From contig CAVXXK010000014.1 in NCBI GenBank assembly GCA_963765675.1, positions 96,001 to 160,000 of the forward strand: a DNA stretch of 64,000 bases, read 5' to 3'. Under the pieces are notes generated by a model that was given only the letters and a program-made list of their open reading frames with translations, was not told the origin of the DNA and ran no database searches. Positions within the stretch are counted from its first letter, which is position 1; each line of letters opens with the position of its first letter. Below are positions 47,088 through 55,764 of this stretch, piece by piece. This stretch comes from an uncultured delta proteobacterium (GTDB taxonomy: Bacteria > Desulfobacterota > Binatia > Binatales > Binataceae). The translations under genes and the position numbers were made by a program.

Positions 47088-48296
47088 ATGCAGCGCGGGA
47101 CCTTGCCCAGATTCGATTCGGCGCGGTCGTGGCGGATGGTCGCGGTCGCGTTCGTCGCGATGTTCGTGGTCTACGGAATCGCGTACAGTTTCGGCGCGTT
47201 CTTCAAACCGATGGCGGCGGAGTTCGGCGCCGGACGTAGCAGCACCTCCGCTGTCTTTTCGCTAACGGTCCTGGTGTGGTGCGTGCTCGGATGGCCTGCC
47301 GGCCACTTGAGCGATCGCTTCGGCCCGCGAGTCGTCGTGGGCGCCGGTGCGGTCGTGATGGGCGGCGGACTGGTCCTGACCGCATTCATCGATCGGCTAT
47401 GGATCGGCTACCTAACTTACAGTCTCGGAGTAGGTATCGGAATAGCTACTGCGTATGTCCCGATGGTCGCGGTAGTCGGCGGATGGTTCCTGCGCCGGCG
47501 CAACTCCGCGCTCGGAATCGCGGTTGCGGGAATCGGATGCGGCACCGTCCTGGTCGCGCCCGCCTGCGCCGCGATGATCCAGCGCCTTGGATGGCGCGAT
47601 ACCGACCTTGTACTCGGCGTCGCCGCGACCGTGTTGCTGCTCGGATGCGCGGCTATAGTCGAGCGTCCGCCGGTGCACGTCACGCCGAGCGCGATCGATG
47701 TGCGCGCTGCGATCCGCACGCCCGCGTTCGGGCTGTTGTACCTCAATTCGTTCCTCTCCTCGATGGCGCTGTTCGTGCCGTTCGTCTATCTGCCGGCGTT
47801 CGCGCACGATCACGGCGCAAACGAGATCGCGAGCGCCGCGCTGATTAGTATTATCGGTGGCGCCAGTGTGATCGGCCGGCTCGGCCTCGGCGCAATCGCC
47901 GACCGGACCAGCACGATCCGCCTCTACCAGGCCTGCTATCTGCTGCTCGCGGCGAGCTTCGGATTGTGGCTCTTCGGCAGTTCATACGCGACGCTGGTGG
48001 TGTTCGCGATCGCGATGGGCACCGGTTACGGCGGATTCGTGGCGCTCTCGCCGGCGGTGCTGGCGGAGCTGTTCGGCGTCGCGCGGCTGGGAACCGTGAT
48101 GGGGATTCTTTATACCAGCGGCGGAGTTGGCGCGCTGCTCGGTCCGCCGATTGCCGGAATGATAATTGACTATACGGGCAGCTACCGCGGAGCGATTGCA
48201 TATTCGCTGGTCGGCGCGCTCGCGTCATTCGCGGTCCTTATTCCGTTGTCACGCTATCCTGCCCGCCCGGCTGACATTTCCGGCGCCATCGAGTAG
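47088..48296 (+). CDS. MFS transporter (OFA/MCT-like)
   Basis: About 12 hydrophobic segments, G.LSDRFGPR motif, WF.RRR..A.GI. Confidence 0.9.
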   Translation: MQRGTLPRFDSARSWRMVAVAFVAMFVVYGIAYSFGAFFKPMAAEFGAGRSSTSAVFSLTVLVWCVLGWPAGHLSDRFGPRVVVGAGAVVMGGGLVLTAFIDRLWIGYLTYSLGVGIGIATAYVPMVAVVGGWFLRRRNSALGIAVAGIGCGTVLVAPACAAMIQRLGWRDTDLVLGVAATVLLLGCAAIVERPPVHVTPSAIDVRAAIRTPAFGLLYLNSFLSSMALFVPFVYLPAFAHDHGANEIASAALISIIGGASVIGRLGLGAIADRTSTIRLYQACYLLLAASFGLWLFGSSYATLVVFAIAMGTGYGGFVALSPAVLAELFGVARLGTVMGILYTSGGVGALLGPPIAGMIIDYTGSYRGAIAYSLVGALASFAVLIPLSRYPARPADISGAIE

Positions 48297-48305
48297 AGTC
48301 GCAGC

Positions 48306-49364
48306 GTGGCAAAAGAATCAACCATCGCAATGAGCACAGAAACGGCGCCGATCGATCCGCTTGAATCGACCTACACGGTGCGGCGGCTTACCCCGAGCGA
48401 CGCGAGGGAGATTCCCGCGCTCGCGACGCGGGTCAACGGCCCGTCGTACATTCATGCCGAAGTATATCATCCAGAGCGCTTGCTCGAACTCAACGCCAAA
48501 GGCGAGTTGGTATCAGTGGTGGCGCTCGACAAGGCGAACGAGGTGGTCGGACATTGCGCGCTCGAGCGGCCGCATCTGGCGGTAGTAGCCGAGACCGGGG
48601 AGGCGATGGTCTTGCCCGAGCATCGGCATCACCATTTGCTCGACCGGATGCACGGCTACCTCGAAGGGCTTGCCAGCGCACTCGGCGTGCTGGGCCTTTC
48701 GAGCGACGCGGTGACGCATCACATCTATAGTCAGCGCACCTGCGAGCGGTTCAATTCGCATCCGACCGGGATCGTGCTCGGAGCGTTGCCGCCGAGCGCC
48801 GACAACCTGCAGGGAGTTTACCCGCAGCGACTGAGTTTTCTGGACTATTTCAAATATGTGAGTGCGCCGCCGCCCGCGCAAGCGTTCCTGGCGGAGCATC
48901 ACCTGGGAATCGCGGCGCGAATTTTCGGGCTGCTCGGCCGCAAGATTTCCTTCGGCGAGCATCGAAGCCCTTCGGGCGCCGGTGCGATGGAGACGTTGGT
49001 CGAGGCCGACAAGCAGCGCGCGAAGATCACCGTCACGCAGCCCGGCGCCGACAGCGCCAGGCAGATTCAGGAAGCGCGCGATCGATTTATCAATCACGAT
49101 GGCGCCGAAGAGGTCACAGTCGAGTTGCCGCTGGGAAATTCTGCCGCACCGCCGCTTGCCGCGGAACTCGAGCGCCAGGGGTTCTTCTTCACCGGGCTAC
49201 GGATGCGCGATCCCAGCGAGGGCGACCTGGTGCGTTTTCAATATCTGAAGAGTCCGTTGGATTTCGCGCTGATAAAGCTCGACGGAGCATTCGCGATCGA
49301 GCTTCTGAAATATATCGACGACTCCCGCCGCCGCGTGATCAAGGAACGGATGCCCGCGCGCTAG
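48306..49364 (+). CDS. GNAT-like N-acetyltransferase domain protein
   Basis: VVGHCAL, AETGEAMVLPEHR, VTHH.YSQ; long ORF with typical codon usage. Confidence 0.6.
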   Translation: MAKESTIAMSTETAPIDPLESTYTVRRLTPSDAREIPALATRVNGPSYIHAEVYHPERLLELNAKGELVSVVALDKANEVVGHCALERPHLAVVAETGEAMVLPEHRHHHLLDRMHGYLEGLASALGVLGLSSDAVTHHIYSQRTCERFNSHPTGIVLGALPPSADNLQGVYPQRLSFLDYFKYVSAPPPAQAFLAEHHLGIAARIFGLLGRKISFGEHRSPSGAGAMETLVEADKQRAKITVTQPGADSARQIQEARDRFINHDGAEEVTVELPLGNSAAPPLAAELERQGFFFTGLRMRDPSEGDLVRFQYLKSPLDFALIKLDGAFAIELLKYIDDSRRRVIKERMPAR

Positions 49365-49732
49365 CGGGGCGCGGCATTCGCGCGATGCGTGGTTCGCCAA
49401 GCGACTTTGGGCTTCGGACTTGCGCTGACGAAATGTAGCTCGACGCGTTTGTTCAGTGCCTGAGCGATGCGCCGCAGCATCGCCAGCGAGTGACCCTCGT
49501 AATTGGCATCTTCGAGCCTGCAAATGACCGACGTGGTCGTCCCGATCATTTTCGCCAGCTGTCCCTGCGTGAGTCTCGCGCGCTTTCGGAGCTGGTAGAT
49601 CTTGCGCGCAACCGTGTCGCTGGCCTCCGCCTCGGCCAAACCCGCTATCCGCTGTGGACGCCCTTCATAGTATCGGCGATGAATGATCTCGACCGCGTCA
49701 GTTGTCGGATTAAATTTGTTGGTCTTCTTCAT
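49361..49732 (-). CDS. XRE-HTH antitoxin (HigA-like)
   Basis: LR..A.LTQ.QLA..IGTT.SVI.RLE...YEGHSL.ML.RIA.AL. Confidence 0.88.
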   Translation of the reverse strand: MKKTNKFNPTTDAVEIIHRRYYEGRPQRIAGLAEAEASDTVARKIYQLRKRARLTQGQLAKMIGTTTSVICRLEDANYEGHSLAMLRRIAQALNKRVELHFVSASPKPKVAWRTTHRANAAPR

Positions 49733-49756
49733 TTCTTACTCGCGTTCCCTGACTGG

Positions 49757-50125
49757 TTACAGTTCTTCGAACGTGTGTACCTTGGGATCTTGTTCATATC
49801 GTCGCTTGCGCGCCAGCGCCGCATCGATTGCGGCACTTGGAACTCGATCCTCTTTTGTCAAACCATGCGCGAGGATCGCTGCCACTCTGCCGTGAAAGAA
49901 GTAGAGAATTCTATAGTTAACGTGCTGAAGTCCAACCCGCAGTTCATAGATCCCATCGCGGAGCAGGTCGGCTTCCGGCCGACGGAGTTCGTGACCGAGT
50001 TCCGCGAGCCTCTGAATTCTGATCCTGCATTTGTCCTGTGCTCTTGCCGGAAGACGGTCGAACCATTCCAAGACCGGCACCGTGCCGTCTGTCTCGCGAT
50101 AGAATACGAGCTTGGTCTTGGGCAC
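49757..50125 (-). CDS. RelE/HigB (Gp49-like) toxin
   Basis: PV.EW...L, L..P.AD.LRDGIYELR, YRILYFF, LAHG..K. Confidence 0.88.
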   Translation of the reverse strand: MPKTKLVFYRETDGTVPVLEWFDRLPARAQDKCRIRIQRLAELGHELRRPEADLLRDGIYELRVGLQHVNYRILYFFHGRVAAILAHGLTKEDRVPSAAIDAALARKRRYEQDPKVHTFEEL

Positions 50126-50145
50126 GCAGGTTTCTTTCTAGCAGA

Positions 50146-50163
50146 TTTCGCAAAAATGCGAAA
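50146..50163. promoter_or_regulatory. Palindromic operator of the TA pair
   Basis: TTTCGCA-AAAA-TGCGAAA, 20 bp upstream of the toxin start. Confidence 0.65.
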
Positions 50164-50184
50164 GGCTATTCAGTCGGTAGATCA

Positions 50185-50811
50185 TCATCGAGCCGAGGCC
50201 CGGGCGGGCTCGCGCCGGACGATTCGGGCGAGGCGAAGTGCTGCTACGCCCAGCGGCATCAGTGCGAGATGGGCCAGCTTGCCGAAAGGGAGCCAGACCA
50301 TCAGCAACTCGACGCTTAGCAGATGAGCGGTCAGCAGGGCACGGTAGGGTGCGGTTAGTGCGGCTCCTCCGACGTGCGGATAGGCGAGCATCCCGGTTCC
50401 TACCGCGGCGAAAACTACAATCCAACTGAAGTAGTCGTCGAAGGCCGAGAATGCGCTCGGCTCGTGTGCGGACATCCGGTAGGCGAGGACTGAGAGCATC
50501 GCGACGATCGTCACGACGCCGGCGAACAGCACGACCGCGATCGGCAAACCGGGCCAACTGATTCCAGTGAGCTCGCGAACCAGCAGGATGTGCGGGGCGA
50601 AGCCGAGTGTCGCCACAATCAACCCGGCGTGCATCGCGTAGCTGTCGAGATGCCAGCGCTCGGCGGGAATGTGAAAACCTTTTCGCACCCAATAGAGATC
50701 GCGCTCGCCGCCGCGAATCAGAAAATTTGCGCCGCGCCAGAAAAATCCGAATACCATGATGACGAGCGCCCAGTGCAGTCCGGGACCGCGCGCGAAATCA
50801 AGCGCGCTCAT
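50185..50811 (-). CDS. NarI/DsrM-like membrane cytochrome b
   Basis: 5 TM helices, His in YAMHAG / APH, AHLLSVELL..WLPFGKLAH. Confidence 0.75.
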   Translation of the reverse strand: MSALDFARGPGLHWALVIMVFGFFWRGANFLIRGGERDLYWVRKGFHIPAERWHLDSYAMHAGLIVATLGFAPHILLVRELTGISWPGLPIAVVLFAGVVTIVAMLSVLAYRMSAHEPSAFSAFDDYFSWIVVFAAVGTGMLAYPHVGGAALTAPYRALLTAHLLSVELLMVWLPFGKLAHLALMPLGVAALRLARIVRREPARASAR

Positions 50812-51478
50812 TATTGTCTACCTGTTCGTGGTCCGTCCGTTTGCGCCGGCGAAAAATCGCGCCGGTCAGGACTCCGGCAAAGAGTCCCGCCAGCGCCGCG
50901 CCGCCCCATCCGCGCGCGTGATTCCAAGGCGTCACGTACGGCGGCCGAAGCTGCGCAGTCGGGCTCATCCTGGTCATTACGATATGGCAGTCCGAGCATG
51001 CCAGCAGCTCCGCGCCGTGCGTATGCGCGTGCCAGAAAGTGTCCTGATGGCAGTTGAGGCAAGCGCGATTAGCCTCCGCGGCCGATTGTCCGGGACCTTC
51101 GTGAAACTCGATCAGGCCGCCGACTCCGAGTCCTCCGCCGAGCATCGCGTGATTGCTTCCGGGGCCGTGGCATCCTTCGCATCCCTTGCGTTCGAGATCG
51201 TTGCGCGGATGAATCAGGAACGACTGGCCCATCTTCGTCTTTGCAAAATCATTGGCGGTATCCATGTGGCAGGCGTAGCAATAGGCGTCGCCGATATATT
51301 GCGGTTTGGCGAAGTAGCCCAGGTCGGCGTCGGAAGCGGGCGCTGGCACCTCGTCGATTCTGCCCGGAGGCCGCGGCGCGTTGCCTTGCGCGCACAAGGA
51401 GCCCGGCGCGAGACAGACAAGCATCGCGGCGGCAAATAGCGCCGCCGCTATCGCAGAGCAGACTGAACCCTCAGACAT
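50798..51478 (-). CDS. Exported tetraheme cytochrome c (DmsE/MtrA N-terminal-like) with C-terminal membrane anchor
   Basis: Signal peptide; CYACH, CEGCHGPG, CLNCH, CSDCH; C-terminal TM plus RRRKR. Confidence 0.85.
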   Translation of the reverse strand: MSEGSVCSAIAAALFAAAMLVCLAPGSLCAQGNAPRPPGRIDEVPAPASDADLGYFAKPQYIGDAYCYACHMDTANDFAKTKMGQSFLIHPRNDLERKGCEGCHGPGSNHAMLGGGLGVGGLIEFHEGPGQSAAEANRACLNCHQDTFWHAHTHGAELLACSDCHIVMTRMSPTAQLRPPYVTPWNHARGWGGAALAGLFAGVLTGAIFRRRKRTDHEQVDNNERA

Positions 51479-51487
51479 CGGCCACAG

Positions 51488-51892
51488 CTAACTTAGCGCG
51501 TCGCGGCGGCGCCAGAGCATAATCGCGGCTATCCACGGAATAGCTATTGCCAGAATAAGGAACGCGATCAGGAAGGCCGGCGAATCGTGTTCGCCCGCAG
51601 GAGGATGACTACTAAATAGTACTATGTTCAGTACAACATAGATTGCATATATGAACGCGAGCGCCACTGCATATTTCTTCATGCGCAATATACCAATCGC
51701 ATATACTAACAGGAAGATACCGAACAGCGGGCCCAGGATCGCATTTTCGATCCCGTAGGTCCGGGTGCCGAAAAAGACAAAGCCCGTCGTTGGTCCTTCA
51801 AGATGGAACGGCTTGAGCAGGTCTTCAATCGCCACCAGGATAAAGAGCAGCGAAAGGATCGTGAGCAACGGGCCGCGTTTGGATTGCTCCAT
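51488..51892 (-). CDS. Hypothetical membrane protein (about 4 TM)
   Basis: Hydrophobic ORF with AAGGAG RBS, 9 bp from the cytochrome gene. Confidence 0.7.
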   Translation of the reverse strand: MEQSKRGPLLTILSLLFILVAIEDLLKPFHLEGPTTGFVFFGTRTYGIENAILGPLFGIFLLVYAIGILRMKKYAVALAFIYAIYVVLNIVLFSSHPPAGEHDSPAFLIAFLILAIAIPWIAAIMLWRRRDALS

Positions 51893-51910
51893 TAGTTAGT
51901 CTCCTTTCCG

Positions 51911-52170
51911 ACCTCTCCCTGGCCCTCTCCTTGGACAAGGAGAGGGGATGCGGTGCCCCGGGGAGTTGTGTGTAGCCTCGGGTGCGCGTGCCAATTCGTA
52001 AGGGCGAGATTCCTCGCGGCATCTGCTGTTCAGCATAACTCGCACGAAGCGATACTCGTCACCAGCTCGCGCTCGGAATGGCAAAAAATAATCCGGAGAA
52101 ATTGTCATTCCGAGTGCGTGCAGGCAACGCATATGGCCGCCATATAAGCCGATCTGCGGGATCCCGCCCT
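51911..52170. repeat. Cluster of REP-like palindromes
   Basis: CCCTCTCCTTG-GA-CAAGGAGAGGG hairpin (51923-51946); split GAGATTCCTCG..GCTCGGAATG (52006-52080); inverted GTCATTCCGAG (52104). Confidence 0.7.
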
Positions 52171-52220
52171 CGCGCATCGTCGTACTTCTCCGAATCAGGC
52201 AAGACCCTTGTCCCTCAAGA

Positions 52221-53711
52221 TCAATTGCTCTGTTCGCGATGCATTTGCGCTGGCGATTTGCGAAGGTGATTATCCAATAGCTTTGCGGCGGCGCTTTCTA
52301 CGACAGTTCCGTCGAAAAAGTGCGGATTGGTTTCGCCCCAAAAGCGGACTGGATTAGTAAATACGAAATCGCGAAAATCATTTTCAGTAATCAGTTTATC
52401 TTCGACCAGCTCGAACGCTTCTTCGAGAACTTCCGCCATGTTGACGACGTCGAAATGGCCGATGTCGCTGCCGAACAAGGTTTTCAGGCGCGCGCCGAAT
52501 GGATTGGTGTGAGTATTGAAACCCCACGCGTTGATCGGGTCGTCGGCCTCGCATCCAAAGTAGAAATTGCGCGTGAACAGCTCGCGGATATCCTCGGCGC
52601 GTTTGATCTTGCACGCCGCGAAGTCGTCGAGCTCGGTGATTCCGCCGGTCGCCGCCGAGCCTACTCCCTCGAGAATCTTGCTCGTTCCCGTGACACGCCC
52701 GGCGAGTTCCGCCGAGCCGTACTTCTGGATCAGCTCACGCAGCATCGCGCGGTCGAGATTGGCCGGGTTGACCTCTTCGAGCGCCTCGCGGTTGCGCTTC
52801 TTCCAGTGGCCGATCAGATCGCTGTACAGGTTGCAGGCCCATCCGACTCCGCCTTCAAGGAATGCGAAGTTGAGGGTGGGGAAGCGCCGCGTAACTCCGC
52901 CCAGGAATAGCGCCTTGCACACCGCCTCGCTCGCAGCGGCGAAATGGCCGATGTGATTGAAGGTGAAGTTCGACGGCGAGACGCGGAAGCCGACACCGCG
53001 CGTGCCGGTGTGAAAAGTTGGCGAGACGCCCAGCTCTACGCACTTGGCCCACACCGCGTCGTAGTCGTGCTCGCTGTCGAGGCCCAGCACGTCGAACCAC
53101 GGAGCGTAGCGCGCGGCGTCGGGCGCCTTGCGCGCGACCGCGGGAATCGTGCGGCGGACCATGCTGCCCATCAGGATCACCTTGAGCCCGAGCGTCTTCA
53201 CCACGTACTCGAGTTCCTCGATTGCTTCGGCTGGCGTGTGCATCGGAATTGCCGCGGCGGGCGTCATCCGATCGGAAAATTCGCGGAACTGATCGGCGAC
53301 GTAGAGATTGAAGGCGCGGCAGGTGGCGCGGCGCATCTCGTCGTCGGGAATAAACGCGACCCCGAGGGCGGCGGTGGGATAGAGCACGGTGAAATCGAAG
53401 CCGAACTCGTCGAGCCGCTCGTAGAGCAGGCGCGGCAGAATCGCGGTGGCGCGGTCGCGCGTGTTTTTGGCCGGCACGCCCCAGAACGCCTCCTGCGCGC
53501 GGCGCTGGTCGCGCCGCTCCTCGGGCGTCATCGTCAGCGCATGCTGCACGCGCTCATTGCGCGAGCGGAACGAATCGACCACGCGGGCGCCGGCGACGCG
53601 CTTCAGATAGTCGGAAATCGACGGACCGAATTCGAGCCAGTGGCCGTCGGCGTCGATCACCGGATGCCCGAGTTTGGCGTGAATTTCCCTGGAGCTGAGC
53701 TTGCCTGACAT
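52221..53711 (-). CDS. Amidohydrolase family protein
   Basis: VIDADGHWLE, PTFH, NHIGHFA, FLEGG.GW, FGSDIGHFD. Confidence 0.88.
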   Translation of the reverse strand: MSGKLSSREIHAKLGHPVIDADGHWLEFGPSISDYLKRVAGARVVDSFRSRNERVQHALTMTPEERRDQRRAQEAFWGVPAKNTRDRATAILPRLLYERLDEFGFDFTVLYPTAALGVAFIPDDEMRRATCRAFNLYVADQFREFSDRMTPAAAIPMHTPAEAIEELEYVVKTLGLKVILMGSMVRRTIPAVARKAPDAARYAPWFDVLGLDSEHDYDAVWAKCVELGVSPTFHTGTRGVGFRVSPSNFTFNHIGHFAAASEAVCKALFLGGVTRRFPTLNFAFLEGGVGWACNLYSDLIGHWKKRNREALEEVNPANLDRAMLRELIQKYGSAELAGRVTGTSKILEGVGSAATGGITELDDFAACKIKRAEDIRELFTRNFYFGCEADDPINAWGFNTHTNPFGARLKTLFGSDIGHFDVVNMAEVLEEAFELVEDKLITENDFRDFVFTNPVRFWGETNPHFFDGTVVESAAAKLLDNHLRKSPAQMHREQSN

Positions 53712-54204
53712 TGTGATTCTCCTTGGGCATTCTCCTTGGCGGCTATGCCCGCCGATTCTGACCGGAGCCTAGCGCAGCGGCTTGCCGATCTGGAAGCGTG
53801 CGGGACATAGCGATGCACACGCCTGTTGCGTGCGGGATGGCGGACTAAATTTGCGGTGGGTTCGTTTGGTAAATTTTCATGGTGGCTTGAAAAAATTATC
53901 CGCGGAGACGCTGGAAAATTTTGGGTTCGATCGTATTTTGGGCGACTTTTTGGTCATCTGATTCGCCGATTTTTCGCGGGCGATCAGGACACGTAAACAG
54001 GGCGGTTCGAGACTCGCGCCGTCGTGCCCGAATATGGTGACAAGAAGTTAATCGACGGCGTCATCATGTCATCTATTTTACACGAGAGAGTGGCGAAGTA
54101 CATAATCTGACGCTTCGCGTCGGCGGGCGGGGCCGCCCGCTCCCACTGGCAGAAAGATTTGGCGACTACTCGACGCTTGAGGGTTATTCGCACTAATCGC
54201 GTCG

Positions 54205-54515
54205 CGGAGATCCTTCGCCTGCGGCTCAGACCTTCACGAGTCCGAAGGACCCGCCACGCGGGATGAAAGTTAGCGTATAACGACAGGCTGCGCGAAAGAC
54301 GGGCGGCTCGCGAGCCGCCCCTACGAAGACAGGTCCCGTTGTCATTCCCGCGCCCTTCGGCAGGCTCAGGGCAGGCTCCGGCTGCCGCGCGAGAGCCTGT
54401 CCTGAGCAAGGCCGAAGGAAATCCCGAACCAGAGGGCGCTGCATGAGGCGTGGACTCCGAGCATGGACGCCTCGGGATTCCTCGCCCAGGGCTCGGAATG
54501 ACGATCAACGGTTCG
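54205..54515. repeat. Mosaic of nested REP-like elements
   Basis: GAGATCCTTCG..GGCTCAG; 20-bp perfect palindrome plus CTAC (GTAG-REP, 54301-54324); GTCATTCCCGCG..AATCC enclosing an inverted CCCTTCG..GCTCAGG.CAGGC pair; copy of the 46231 element. Confidence 0.75.
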
Positions 54516-54633
54516 GCTGAGACTACGCTAGTCATCGCCCCACACACTTTACGGCAGGATGACGACAGCGGCATCGGAGAGGACGCGGAGAATCTTCAGG
54601 CCGCCTTTGACGGCGGATATTCCTGCGCGCGGC

Positions 54634-55515
54634 CTACGATTTCAGGAAATCCAGAATCAGCTTGTTCACCTCGGCGGGTTTTTCCTGGTGGACGAAATGG
54701 CCGGCTCCGGCGATTACGTGCTTGCGTAGGCCCTTGGGAAAGAATGCTTCCATTCCTTCGAGCAGCTCGGCGCCGATACATCCGTCGTCGCGGCCGTGCA
54801 GCATCATCGCGGGTACGCCTATCGGCGGCGGAGGCGCGGAGGCGGCGGCGATCGCGTCGGCGGGAATCTTCATCATCGCGCCGAGCGTCGCGCGGTAGTA
54901 TCCGAGCGCGGCCGACAGGGCGGCGGGATTGCGAAAGCATTTCTTCAGCGGCTCGATGTCGTCTTTGGTGAACTTCCAGCTCGGCGACCAATCGGTCCAC
55001 ATCTTTTCCAGGAATTTGAAATCGTCGTGGCTGACCGCGGCTTCGGCGAATGCGCCCTGAAAGAAGTACATGTACCAACTGCGCTTTTCCTGCGCGTAAT
55101 TCGTCACCAGCGCCTTGATAAAGGATGTTCCGTAGGGAACCGCAGCGGTGATTAGCTTGGTCACGCGCGCGGGCTCGGCCGCAGCGGCGGGATAGGCGGC
55201 GACGGCGCCCCAATCGTGCCCGAAGAGAATCGCGTCCTTGTATCCGAGCGCCGCGATCAGGCTGAGCGCGTCTTCGCCGAGAGCGCCCGAATCATAGCGG
55301 CCGTCCGGCGCGAGGCTGGTCGGCGCATAGCCGCGCATGAACGGCGCGACGATGCGATATCCCGCGTCCGCCAATGGTTTCATCTGATGCCGGAACGAAT
55401 AGGCGGTATCTGGAAATCCATGCAGGCACAGGATCAGCGGACCGTCACCCTGCTCGAGGACATGAAAGTCGATATTGGATGCGCGAACGACGCGCTCGGT
55501 TATCTGCGACGCCAT
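54634..55515 (-). CDS. Alpha/beta hydrolase (epoxide hydrolase-like)
   Basis: LHGFPD, nucleophile GHDWG, SWY..FFQ, YYRA, GHFVHQE.P. Confidence 0.9.
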   Translation of the reverse strand: MASQITERVVRASNIDFHVLEQGDGPLILCLHGFPDTAYSFRHQMKPLADAGYRIVAPFMRGYAPTSLAPDGRYDSGALGEDALSLIAALGYKDAILFGHDWGAVAAYPAAAAEPARVTKLITAAVPYGTSFIKALVTNYAQEKRSWYMYFFQGAFAEAAVSHDDFKFLEKMWTDWSPSWKFTKDDIEPLKKCFRNPAALSAALGYYRATLGAMMKIPADAIAAASAPPPPIGVPAMMLHGRDDGCIGAELLEGMEAFFPKGLRKHVIAGAGHFVHQEKPAEVNKLILDFLKS

Positions 55516-55764
55516 GGTTCACCTCGCTATTGGCGCAAGCTACTACACTGGCGCATCAGGTTGCATCCGCCGGGCGGCGGCTAGCATCCTAAATCGAGGT
55601 TAACGTTAGCTAAGTGCCCGGCGGAGAACCCATCGAAAGACCGCTGTCGCAATCAGTGCCTAGTCATTTTTAAGCGTAGCAAATCAATGGTGGTCGCGTT
55701 CTGCAATTCCAGTCGCGTTTACGAACTGCCGCGCCGCAGGGCTGCGAGAAGCCGGACGGATAAC

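Noticed and set aside
53858-53940. Two GGGTTCG(T/A)T motifs in the intergenic region, and CRISPR-like periodicity generally
   Set aside because: Only two short degenerate copies; no regularly spaced repeat-spacer array or cas gene anywhere in the window
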